Virus record (IMG/VR): IMGVR_UViG_3300037424_000648
Location: 1-26,097 of that record
Origin: a virus
Taxonomy: Duplodnaviria > Caudoviricetes
Length of the DNA stretch: 26,097 nt
Direction: 5' to 3' (one strand)
Position 1 is the first letter of the stretch, and every line of letters starts with the position of its first letter. The translations under genes were made by a program, and so were the position numbers. Positions 1-7,763 of the stretch are shown piece by piece. A model generated the notes under the pieces. That model was not told where the DNA came from. It saw nothing but the letters and a program-made list of their open reading frames with translations, and did no database searches.

Positions 1-65
1 CCTGGGAGGCCTGCCGGGAGCGCGGGGACCGGGCGGTTAAGCTCCGGATCGAGGTGCTCGAATGA
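1..65 (+). CDS. 3' end of upstream hypothetical gene (partial)
   Basis: Frame open from base 3 (WEACRERGDRAVKLRIEVLE) to TGA 63-65, overlapping the next ATG as ATGA. Confidence 0.55.
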   Translation, partial: WEACRERGDRAVKLRIEVLE

Positions 66-601
66 GACTGATCTGTCCCTCCTGCGGGGCCATGCACAGC
101 ATCGAGGGCTGGCAGGGCAACGCCGACGCGCGCCAGTTCGCGCGCGTCCAGGCCGAGCTGCCCGGGTCGGTGGCGAGGGCCTGCCTGCATTATCTGGCGC
201 TTTTCCGGCCGCGCGCGGAGGGCGGGAGGGGCCTGATCTGGGCCAAGGCGCTGCGCCTGGCGGGCGAGGTGCAGCTGCTGGTCGCCCAGACCCGGATCCA
301 GTGGAAAGGCCAGCCGAGCCGGCCCATCGACGCGACCGTGTGGGGGCTGGCGATGGAGCGCCTGATCGCCAACCCGCCCAAAAAGCTGCCCCTGACCAGC
401 CACGGCTACCTGACCTCCATCGCCTACGACCTGGCCGACGAAATGGACCGGGGGCGGGAGGTGCGGCGCAACCAGGCCGAGCGCGACGGCTCGTTGCGGC
501 GGGAGATCGCTGCGGGGCGGGCCGGGGAGGATGCGCCGGCGGAGCCGCTGGCGCCGGAGGTGCTGCGGGCGATCAGGAATAAAAATATGGGGAGGAAATG
601 A
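62..601 (+). CDS. Conserved Mu-like phage early/middle hypothetical protein with N-terminal CPxCG motif
   Basis: MRLICPSCGA start, YLALFRP, LxWAKAL and PLTSHGYL segments resemble a recurrent Mu-like prophage protein; GAGG upstream. Confidence 0.75.
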   Translation: MRLICPSCGAMHSIEGWQGNADARQFARVQAELPGSVARACLHYLALFRPRAEGGRGLIWAKALRLAGEVQLLVAQTRIQWKGQPSRPIDATVWGLAMERLIANPPKKLPLTSHGYLTSIAYDLADEMDRGREVRRNQAERDGSLRREIAAGRAGEDAPAEPLAPEVLRAIRNKNMGRK

Positions 602-858
602 AAACCGGCACCAAATCAGCGAATATCAACGCCACCCTCTACGATGGGGAATGGCAGGTAAACTACGATTGCGTGGGTGTGGGAACATGCCGGTACGCGC
701 TGTGCTCGATCATGCCTCCCTCCGGGGATGAGGAGTGCGCCTACCGCGAATATGGAGCATGTCGGTGTCTGCCGGCGCAGTATGCGGCGCTGGGTGCGTT
801 TAAAAACAGGGCCGCTCGGGAACTGACGCGGATCCAAACTGAGATGGATAATCAGTGA
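598..858 (+). CDS. Small Cys-rich hypothetical protein
   Basis: ATGA overlap with previous gene, GGAGG upstream, 86 aa. Confidence 0.65.
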   Translation: MKTGTKSANINATLYDGEWQVNYDCVGVGTCRYALCSIMPPSGDEECAYREYGACRCLPAQYAALGAFKNRAARELTRIQTEMDNQ

Positions 859-1058
859 TGACGAATCCCTACATCGACGCCACCTGGGAGGTCTGCAACC
901 TGGAGTGCCCGCATATTTTGTACACTCCCGGCTATGTGCAGGGCGACTGCCCGGCCTGCGACCACCGAGCAATCATGGATTTGTGGGTGCAGTGGGAAAC
1001 CTGGCGGCAGAAAAAACGCATCGATGGGTTGCGCTGCGCTCCACCCATCCTACGATGA
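855..1058 (+). CDS. Small hypothetical protein, possible zinc binder (CxxxCxH...CPAC)
   Basis: GTGA overlap with previous stop; Cys motifs; C-terminus encoded by a REP-like palindrome. Confidence 0.55.
   Translation: MMTNPYIDATWEVCNLECPHILYTPGYVQGDCPACDHRAIMDLWVQWETWRQKKRIDGLRCAPPILR
1023..1053 (-). repeat. GTAG-family REP-like element
   Basis: Reverse complement GTAGGATGGGTGGAGCGCAGCGCAACCCATC: GTAG tetranucleotide followed by GATGGGT...ACCCATC hairpin. Confidence 0.75.
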
Positions 1059-1070
1059 AAGGAAAAACCG

Positions 1071-1277
1071 ATGAGTCTGTCCGATAAATTTGTGTATCAC
1101 ATGATCGAACGCTGCCGGGAAGACGGCCGGCTGGCCTACCTGATGGGTCCTGGCAGCGAGGCATATGCGTTGATGACCGGGGCATATGCGGAGATGAGAA
1201 CACTCGATGCCGAGGCGTTCCGCGCGGGATACCAGCGCAAACTGAAAATGCAACGGGTTCCGCCCAGGGAGGAGTAA
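1071..1277 (+). CDS. Small hypothetical protein
   Basis: AAGGA upstream of ATG, 68 aa, co-oriented. Confidence 0.7.
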   Translation: MSLSDKFVYHMIERCREDGRLAYLMGPGSEAYALMTGAYAEMRTLDAEAFRAGYQRKLKMQRVPPREE

Positions 1278-1280
1278 ACC

Positions 1281-1496
1281 ATGAGTTACGAAGTACCGAA
1301 ATTCACGCCCGCCCAGCGCATCTGCTGCACCAGCGTGCAGGACGGCTGCCTGACGATTGACAACACCACGGACTTGCGCGTGCTGCGCGACGCCCTGGAC
1401 TATGAGCGGAGAGGCATGGGGCGGTCCACGCTGATTAAAAAACTGGTCGCGCGCATCAACCAGCTGGAGAGGCGGCGGCGGGAGGTGCCGCGATGA
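1281..1496 (+). CDS. Small hypothetical protein
   Basis: GGAGGAG RBS, 71 aa, ATGA coupling to next gene. Confidence 0.75.
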   Translation: MSYEVPKFTPAQRICCTSVQDGCLTIDNTTDLRVLRDALDYERRGMGRSTLIKKLVARINQLERRRREVPR

Positions 1497-1717
1497 GCGC
1501 GGCGATCCGGCCCGGCACGACGGTGCGCCTCAAACGGCGGCCGTTTTTTCGTGGCCTGGTGGAGGCGGTGCAAAACAATCTCTTCGACGGTTCGGGGGGG
1601 GGGGGCTCGGCGCGGGTGCGCTGGCTGTTCAAGCCCGCCGGCTGGGTCAGCCAGGTCCACTGGAGTCTGGATGATTTGGAGATAATAGAGGCCGGCGATA
1701 CCCTGCCTGAAAAATAA
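1493..1717 (+). CDS. Small hypothetical protein (possible SH3/KOW-like beta barrel) containing a G12 tract
   Basis: GGAGG RBS, ATGA overlap; IRPGTTVRL...GLVEAV...ARVRW...DDLEII pattern. Confidence 0.65.
   Translation: MSAAIRPGTTVRLKRRPFFRGLVEAVQNNLFDGSGGGGSARVRWLFKPAGWVSQVHWSLDDLEIIEAGDTLPEK
1594..1605 (+). repeat. G12 homopolymer
   Basis: Twelve consecutive G, in frame within 1493..1717. Confidence 0.95.
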
Positions 1718-1731
1718 TTTAAAAATATCGA

Positions 1732-1779
1732 CCACAACCCCTTGTGTTTTAGTTTTATTCATGCCACTACATATAGTGT
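1732..1779. promoter_or_regulatory. Tandem 16-bp palindromes resembling NrdR boxes
   Basis: CCACAACCCCTTGTGT (1732-1747) and CCACTACATATAGTGT (1764-1779), starts 32 bp apart; NrdR consensus acaCwAtATaTwGtgt. Confidence 0.65.
1749..1777 (+). promoter_or_regulatory. Candidate late promoter
   Basis: TTAGTT-N17-TATAGT in the most AT-rich gap of the window, upstream of the lysis/morphogenesis operon; the -35 is weak. Confidence 0.4.
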
Positions 1780-1857
1780 GATCCAGCCATTTTGACCCCA
1801 AACCATAAATAGCTGTCAGGAGTCCGCGGGTATGTGACGACCCCAGGAGACTTTAAC

Positions 1858-2265
1858 ATGCTACCTGTACTGGAACTGATCCGCCTGGAGGAGTGCCACG
1901 ACGCCGGGACATTCGGCGTGCTGCGGCTCAACAAGGCGGTTTTCTGCGTTACGCTGGAGCCGGCCGACCGGCTCAACGCGCCCAACCTATCTTCCATCCC
2001 GGCCCAGCAGTACCTGCTGCGGCGGGTGATGAGCGGGCGCTTCGGCGAGACGTTCGAGGTTTTCGACGTTCCGGGACGCACGCTGGTGCGGATGCATCCG
2101 GGCAACCGCGTGATTGAGACGGAGGGCTGCATCCTGCTGGGGCAATATTTCGGTAAACTGGCCGGCGACCGGGCGGTGCTCAATTCGGGGGCCACGTTCG
2201 CCGAATTCATGCGGCGGATGGCCGGGCACGACCTGGCGCATCTGACCATCCGGGAGGTGTATTGA
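1858..2265 (+). CDS. DUF5675-like protein, putative endolysin (L,D-peptidase-like)
   Basis: GTFGVL, FCVTLE, SSIPA and HPGNxxxETEGCILLG motifs; first gene of late operon; start placed at ATG 1858 after AGGAG. Confidence 0.8.
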   Translation: MLPVLELIRLEECHDAGTFGVLRLNKAVFCVTLEPADRLNAPNLSSIPAQQYLLRRVMSGRFGETFEVFDVPGRTLVRMHPGNRVIETEGCILLGQYFGKLAGDRAVLNSGATFAEFMRRMAGHDLAHLTIREVY

Positions 2266-2702
2266 TGAACCCGTTAAAAGAGCTTGTGCGCGAGAGACCC
2301 GTTTATAAATTTTTAGCCTATGGGTTAACCCTCTGCGGGTTCTTCCTGGTGCTGATCATGGCGTTTTCGATGGCCTACGGCTGCGCGGGGAATCAAAGCG
2401 CCACCCAGCAGCTCATGCGGCAGACCGACGATCCGGGGACGATCGCCCTGGGAACCTTTGCCGACGCCCAGGACGCCTACATCGAGATCCAGCAACTCTA
2501 CCTGCCCTACCAGAATGCGCTGCGACAGAGCAATCCGGATCTGGACGCCGAGATCATCGGTTATTTTCGCAAGGCCAACGCCATCCTGGACGATTGGGAG
2601 ATGTTCGGCGATGTGCCCGTCGGCGATAAAGACAGTTTTCGTGCCTACCTGCGCGAGGTGTCGCTACGCCTGGCCCTGGGAGCCAAGAAAGGCGGTGAAT
2701 GA
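2262..2702 (+). CDS. Membrane/lipoprotein of the lysis cassette
   Basis: Hydrophobic N-terminal helix ending in AYG-C (lipobox-like); overlaps endolysin stop. Confidence 0.6.
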   Translation: MMNPLKELVRERPVYKFLAYGLTLCGFFLVLIMAFSMAYGCAGNQSATQQLMRQTDDPGTIALGTFADAQDAYIEIQQLYLPYQNALRQSNPDLDAEIIGYFRKANAILDDWEMFGDVPVGDKDSFRAYLREVSLRLALGAKKGGE

Positions 2703-2914
2703 TGGGGATCGACGTTAAAAACGTGCCCATCGTCGAAATCGCGGTGGGGCTGAACCTGATCGCCGATATTGTCGAGCGCCTTCGCGCCGACCACGCGGTG
2801 GAGATCACCCCCGAGAATATCGCGCAGTACGTGGCCTCGCGGCGCACCCGCCGCCAGGCCCTGAACGCGGCCCTGGGCGTGACCGCCCCGGACAAGGACA
2901 CTTTTATACGATAA
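2699..2914 (+). CDS. Small hypothetical protein
   Basis: Coupled to previous gene, 71 aa. Confidence 0.65.
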   Translation: MMGIDVKNVPIVEIAVGLNLIADIVERLRADHAVEITPENIAQYVASRRTRRQALNAALGVTAPDKDTFIR

Positions 2915-2922
2915 CCCCAAGG

Positions 2923-2964
2923 CTGGCCGGGACGGGCCCGCTCTGTTGGGCTCATCCCGGCCAG
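2923..2964 (+). other. Long GC-rich intergenic hairpin
   Basis: CTGGCCGGGA (2923-2932) pairs with TCCCGGCCAG (2955-2964); inner stem 2934-2940/2947-2953; no U tract. Confidence 0.75.
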
Positions 2965-2983
2965 GCCGCAAAGAGGATAGACC

Positions 2984-3379
2984 ATGCCTGACTTCATGGC
3001 GCAGACGATCGAGATCCTGGCCCCAGCCGTGGGCGGCCTGCTGCTGGCCCTGGTCTCCTGGGCGCTGGCCGAGGCGGCGCGCTACGTGCGCGCGAAAACC
3101 GAAAACGAGGCGGTCAACGATGCCATCGCGCGGATCTGCCACATGACCGAGACCGTGGTGGCCGAGGTCAACCAGACCGTGGTGGACGATCTCAAGCTGG
3201 CCGCGGCCGACGGACGGCTGAACCTGGACCAAGCGCGCCTGATCGCCAGCCAGGCCCTGGCGATGGTTTTGGACCGCATGGCGCCGGGGGTGCTGGAGAT
3301 CGCCGCCCGGGGCGTGGTTGATCTGAAGGAGTTCATCTCCTCGCGCATCGAACGCGCCGTGCGCGAGCAGAAGGGGTAG
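2984..3379 (+). CDS. Putative holin (single N-terminal TM, LL-H-like architecture)
   Basis: GAGGA RBS; N-terminal TM, V..VNQT.V..LK...DG.L and I...IE.AV...K patterns; near endolysin. Confidence 0.6.
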   Translation: MPDFMAQTIEILAPAVGGLLLALVSWALAEAARYVRAKTENEAVNDAIARICHMTETVVAEVNQTVVDDLKLAAADGRLNLDQARLIASQALAMVLDRMAPGVLEIAARGVVDLKEFISSRIERAVREQKG

Positions 3380-3385
3380 CCGGGT

Positions 3386-3601
3386 GTGGATGGCTGCGAT
3401 AGCGGCGCCCGGTCGGCCGAGCAATATCTGCTGGCAAACCTGCACAACCAGCGCCAACGCACGGCGGCACTGGATTCCGGCAGCCCATCGGCCATTGAGT
3501 GCGCCGACTGCGGCGAAGATATCCCGGACGAGCGCCGGGAGGCGGTAGCGGGCTGCACCCGATGCGTGGATTGTCAAACCAAGTTTGAACGGGGGATCTA
3601 A
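3386..3601 (+). CDS. TraR/DksA C4-type zinc-finger protein
   Basis: CADCGEDIPDERREAVAGCTRCVDCQ zinc finger and N-terminal DxxD. Confidence 0.9.
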   Translation: MDGCDSGARSAEQYLLANLHNQRQRTAALDSGSPSAIECADCGEDIPDERREAVAGCTRCVDCQTKFERGI

Positions 3602-3982
3602 TTGGAAGCTATCTCGCTACCGCTGGCCACGATCATCATCCAGATTCTGGGCCTTCCCGGCCTGGTGTTCATCATCTGGCATTTCGACAACAAACGCGAT
3701 GCCAGAAAAGAGGACCTGCGACGGGTGGAGATCGCCGAGCGCGAACGGGCCATCGCGCTGGTGCTGAGCCAGTACCGCGACGACGTGGCCCAGATCAAAC
3801 GGCTCTACGAGTCCAATGTGCACCTGGTCAAAGACTACGAATCGACCTGCCAGCGGTTGGAGCGGCTCTACAGCGAGACGCTATCGGTCATCAGCCTGAA
3901 TACCCAGACCCAGACCCACCTGGTGGACGCCATCAAAAACAACATGTTCTGCCCCGTGGTCCGCAAAGGAGGCCCCGCATGA
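3602..3982 (+). CDS. Membrane-anchored coiled-coil hypothetical protein
   Basis: TTG start after GGGG; N-terminal TM (IIIQILGLPGLVFIIW) then a helical region. Confidence 0.7.
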   Translation: MEAISLPLATIIIQILGLPGLVFIIWHFDNKRDARKEDLRRVEIAERERAIALVLSQYRDDVAQIKRLYESNVHLVKDYESTCQRLERLYSETLSVISLNTQTQTHLVDAIKNNMFCPVVRKGGPA

Positions 3983-4224
3983 ATCTGGAACGCGCCGCCA
4001 TGCGCGGCAATCTGGCCGACAAAAGCGCCCGGGCCGCGCGCCTGCGTCTTCGAATCGAGGGCACCGCCCGGTCGATCCGCCAGGGGCTCAACACAGCCCT
4101 GACGGCGGTGGATGATCTGGAGATCCCCATGATCGCCGGGCAGATGGACGAGCTGGTGGGCGCCTGGGCCGAATTGCAGGCCCTGCGCTCGGAGATCGAC
4201 CGGCTGGAGAGGGAGCTGCGCTGA
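3979..4224 (+). CDS. Small helical hypothetical protein
   Basis: AGGAGG RBS; coupled on both sides. Confidence 0.75.
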   Translation: MNLERAAMRGNLADKSARAARLRLRIEGTARSIRQGLNTALTAVDDLEIPMIAGQMDELVGAWAELQALRSEIDRLERELR

Positions 4225-4682
4225 TGGCTGAAAAAGGGGACAAGGCGCGGCTCTACGACGTGGCCATGCGCATGTACGTCGAGGGGTCCAGCCTGACCGA
4301 CATCGAGGCGGCCCTGGGGGTATCGCGGCAGACGTTGTCCCAGTGGAAGGGCGACTCGAAAAGGCCCTCGGACGAATTCGACGAGTGGGACCGCGGGCGG
4401 AGTCAGAAGCGCAACAACGTACAGCGTCTGCGCGACCTGTTCGACCGCGAACTGACCGCGATGGAAGAGACCGCCGCCGGCGGGCTGAACCATGTCACCG
4501 TGGATGCCATCAGTAAACTGGGCGCGCTGGTGATGAAGTGGGAGCAGCGCGAAAAGGATATCCGCAAACGAGCCCTGGAAGAGGCCGCCAATATCGTGGG
4601 TACGTCGGTCAAAAAGGGCGGCCTGAGTGACGCGGCGGCCGACGAGATCCGCAAGAAAATCCTGGGAATTGCCAGCCGATGA
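4224..4682 (+). CDS. Terminase small subunit (Mu gp27-like; HTH N-terminus)
   Basis: HTH SLTDIEAALGVSRQTLSQWK; C-terminal GLSDAAADEIRKKILGI typical of Mu gp27-like proteins; directly upstream of TerL. Confidence 0.8.
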   Translation: MAEKGDKARLYDVAMRMYVEGSSLTDIEAALGVSRQTLSQWKGDSKRPSDEFDEWDRGRSQKRNNVQRLRDLFDRELTAMEETAAGGLNHVTVDAISKLGALVMKWEQREKDIRKRALEEAANIVGTSVKKGGLSDAAADEIRKKILGIASR

Positions 4683-6277
4683 CGGAACTTTCCACCCCCG
4701 AGCCCCGAACCGCGCGCACTCCCGGCGTGTTGCTGCCATACCAGCAGCGCTGGGTATCGGACCAGGCCCAGGTCAAGCTGTGCGAAAAAAGCCGCCGGAT
4801 CGGCCTTTCCTGGGCCGAGGCCGCCGATGACGCACTGATGACCGCGTCGGCCTCCGGGATGGATGTTTTCTACATCGGCTACAACAAGGACATGGCCCTG
4901 GAATTCATCGAGGACTGCGCGGACTGGGCGCGGTTTTACAACCTGGCCGCGGGTGAGGTCGAAGACTTCATCTGGGACGAGGAAAAAGAGGCCTACCGGG
5001 CTGTACAGGCCTTCCGCATCCGCATGCCCAGCGGATGGAAAATCGTGGCCCTGTCCTCGCGCCCGGCCAACCTGCGCGGCAAACAGGGCAAGATCGTGAT
5101 CGACGAGGCCGCCTTCCACGACGATTTGGACGGGCTGATCAAGGCCGCGATGGCCATGCTGATCTGGGGCGGCCGGGTGGTGATCATTTCCACCCACAAT
5201 GGCGAGGACAACCCATTCAACGAGCTGATCAACCTGATCCGCGCGGGCAAACGCGCCTACAGCCTGCACCGCATCGATTTCGACGACGCCCTGGCGGACG
5301 GCCTTTACCGGCGCGTCTGCCTGCGCCGGAGCATCGACTGGTCGGAAAAAAGCCAGGCGGCCTGGCGGGCCAACGTGGTCAGCCAATACGGCGAGCATGC
5401 CGACGAAGAGCTTTTCTGCATCCCGTCCCAGGGCGGCGGGGTCTACCTGTCCGGCGTGCTGGTGCAGGCCTGCATGGCCGACGGCATCCCGGTGCTGCGC
5501 TGGAGCTGCAGCGACGAATTTGCCCAGGACCCCGAGGCCGAGCGCCGCAGCGTCTGCCAGGCCTGGTGCGAGGATTACCTGCTGGCCAACCTGGAGCAGT
5601 TGGACGGGCAGCACCGGCACTATCTGGGCGAGGATTTCGCCCGCTCCGGCCACCTGACCGTGCTTTGGCCGGGAGAACGGCGCCAGGATCTGTCCGTGCG
5701 GGTGCCCTTTGCCGTGGAGCTGCACAACGTCCCTTTCAGGCAGCAGGAACAGATCCTGTTTTACATCTGCGACCGGCTGCCGCGTTTTTCCCACGGCGCG
5801 CTGGACGCCCGGGGCAATGGCCAATACCTGGCCGAGGTGGCCATGCAGCGCTATGGCATCAGCCGCATCAGCCAGGTGATGCTCTCCGTGCAGTGGTACC
5901 GCGAGAACATGCCCAAATATAAATCGGCCTTCGAGGATCGCTCGATCGAGATCCCCAGGGACGCGGATGTGCTCGACGACCACCGGGCCATCAAGATGAA
6001 AAAGGGGGTCGCCCAGCTCAGCGACGACGCCGAGCGGGTGGGCAAGGACCAAAAAAAGCGCCACGGCGACGCGGCCATCGCCGGGGCCATGCTGTGGCAC
6101 GCCACCCAGCAGGACGGCGGACCGGCCGCCTGCGCCGGCGCCGACCCCGAGCCCACGGCGCGACTGCTGGATCAGGTCCAGCATGCGCGCCGGGCCGGGG
6201 ATGACAATGATACCGCGCGGGTGTTCCGGCGCGAGATACCGCCACGGCTGGTGAGGGAGTTGACCCGCAATGGGTAA
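4679..6277 (+). CDS. terL: Terminase large subunit, Mu gp28-like
   Basis: LLPYQQRW, EKSRRIGLSW (Walker A), IVIDEAAFH (Walker B), ISTHNG, GEDFARSG and RHGDAAIA nuclease motifs. Confidence 0.95.
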   Translation: MTELSTPEPRTARTPGVLLPYQQRWVSDQAQVKLCEKSRRIGLSWAEAADDALMTASASGMDVFYIGYNKDMALEFIEDCADWARFYNLAAGEVEDFIWDEEKEAYRAVQAFRIRMPSGWKIVALSSRPANLRGKQGKIVIDEAAFHDDLDGLIKAAMAMLIWGGRVVIISTHNGEDNPFNELINLIRAGKRAYSLHRIDFDDALADGLYRRVCLRRSIDWSEKSQAAWRANVVSQYGEHADEELFCIPSQGGGVYLSGVLVQACMADGIPVLRWSCSDEFAQDPEAERRSVCQAWCEDYLLANLEQLDGQHRHYLGEDFARSGHLTVLWPGERRQDLSVRVPFAVELHNVPFRQQEQILFYICDRLPRFSHGALDARGNGQYLAEVAMQRYGISRISQVMLSVQWYRENMPKYKSAFEDRSIEIPRDADVLDDHRAIKMKKGVAQLSDDAERVGKDQKKRHGDAAIAGAMLWHATQQDGGPAACAGADPEPTARLLDQVQHARRAGDDNDTARVFRREIPPRLVRELTRNG

Positions 6278-7763
6278 TTGGAAACGCAAACTCGCCGGCG
6301 TGCTGGCGCCGGATTTAATGAGCCCCGAACAGGCCGCCCTGCTGGTGGATTCGGCCGTGCGCCAGGCGCGCCAGGCCCTGCCCGTGCGGCCGGACTACGA
6401 CCCCAAGAATGAGGGCTACCGGCGCTACGGCGGCGACAGCGGCCAGGCGCGCCTGCACGATTTCACCAGCCTGGCCCAGGACACCATGCTGGAGCTGGCC
6501 TATTACCTCTACGACACCAGCGGGCTGGTCAAAAGATTCGTGCGCGATACCAAGAATTTCGTATTGGGCGAGGGGCTGAGCCTGTCGGTTGAAAACGACG
6601 CCAACGGCGAGGCCCTGGCGGTGCTGGAACGTTTCTGGACCGACCCCAACAACCAGATGGACCTGCGCCTGGAGTCGCGCATCGAATTTTTGGGGCTGCT
6701 CGGCGAGCAGTGCTGGCCGGTGCTGGTCAACCCCCACAACGGGCGGGTGTGGCTGACCTACGCCGACCCGGCCAACATCGACACCGTGCACCTGGTGCGC
6801 GACTTCCCCGAGATCCCCGCGGCGGTCAAACTCAAGGGGTCCGGATCGCGGCCGGGGCGGGTGCTGCCGGTGGTGCGGCCGGCGATGGACCCGCGCAAAT
6901 CCGATTTCGGCCGCATGCGAGGCGAGTGCTTCTTTTTCAAAGTTAATGCGCCGCCCAACAGCCCGCGCGGCCGCAGCGACCTGATCCACCTGTTCGATTT
7001 CATCAACGCCTTCGAAGAGGGTATTTTCGACGAGCTGGACCGCCTCAAGGGCATCAAAAGTTTCATCTGGGACGTGACCGTCAACGGCGCCGACCAGGCC
7101 GAGTGCGACCAGTGGGCCAGGAAGTGGGGCACGCCGCGCAGCAACTCCATCCGCGTGCACAACGAGCAGGTCACGTGGCAGGCCGTGGCCCCGAGCATGA
7201 ACCATCACGACAACAAAGCGCTGTTCGACATGATGAAAACCTACCTGGCGGCCTGCATGAACCGGCCGGATTCCTGGCTGGGCAGCGGCGGCAAGGCCTA
7301 CCAGACCGAGGCCGACCTGATGGGCGAACCCACATTCAAGGACCTGGCCAGCCGCCAGAGGTTCGTGAAATACGCCATCGAGTCGGTGCTGCGGTTCGTG
7401 CTGGACCAGGCCATCCTGGCCGGCACGCTCAAGGAGGATGTGAAGAACCCCTTCGCGGCCACGGCCAATTTCCCGGAGATGACCACCAAAGACACCACCA
7501 AAACGGTCACGGCGCTGGTCTCCCTGGCCCAGGCCCTGGTCCTGGCCACCACCAACGGCTGGCTGGGCAACCAGAAGGCCGCCGAGCTGTTCGCCGCGGT
7601 GGCCGAACAGGTGGGGGTGGAGATCGACGTGTCCGAGGAGATCAAGAATGCGGCCACGGCCGACGACGGCGGCGCGGACTACGACCGCCGTGACCGGCTG
7701 ATCGCCGACATCGTGGCGCGCATCGATGCCAGAGGCAAAAAACCGCCGGAGGGCGAGGCATGA
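6270..7763 (+). CDS. Portal protein
   Basis: 497 aa, immediately after TerL and before the MuF-type gene; LLGEQ and RGRSDL segments typical of portals. Confidence 0.8.
   Translation: MGNWKRKLAGVLAPDLMSPEQAALLVDSAVRQARQALPVRPDYDPKNEGYRRYGGDSGQARLHDFTSLAQDTMLELAYYLYDTSGLVKRFVRDTKNFVLGEGLSLSVENDANGEALAVLERFWTDPNNQMDLRLESRIEFLGLLGEQCWPVLVNPHNGRVWLTYADPANIDTVHLVRDFPEIPAAVKLKGSGSRPGRVLPVVRPAMDPRKSDFGRMRGECFFFKVNAPPNSPRGRSDLIHLFDFINAFEEGIFDELDRLKGIKSFIWDVTVNGADQAECDQWARKWGTPRSNSIRVHNEQVTWQAVAPSMNHHDNKALFDMMKTYLAACMNRPDSWLGSGGKAYQTEADLMGEPTFKDLASRQRFVKYAIESVLRFVLDQAILAGTLKEDVKNPFAATANFPEMTTKDTTKTVTALVSLAQALVLATTNGWLGNQKAAELFAAVAEQVGVEIDVSEEIKNAATADDGGADYDRRDRLIADIVARIDARGKKPPEGEA

Noticed and set aside
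1792-1820. TTGACC as a -35 element, and a possible third NrdR-like box at about 1801-1816
   Set aside because: No acceptable -10 at 17 bp; the third box has several core mismatches and off-period spacing
1834-1857. Track start codons at 1834, 8533, 11594, 14359, 20233 and 25375
   Set aside because: Downstream ATGs at 1858, 8647, 11621, 14416, 20353 and 25471 have better RBSs or avoid long overlaps
5035-5922. Alternate-frame plus-strand ORFs rich in R/G/P (also 7103-7693, 18132-18839, 23395-24063)
   Set aside because: Off-frame composition typical of high-GC DNA, nested in real genes
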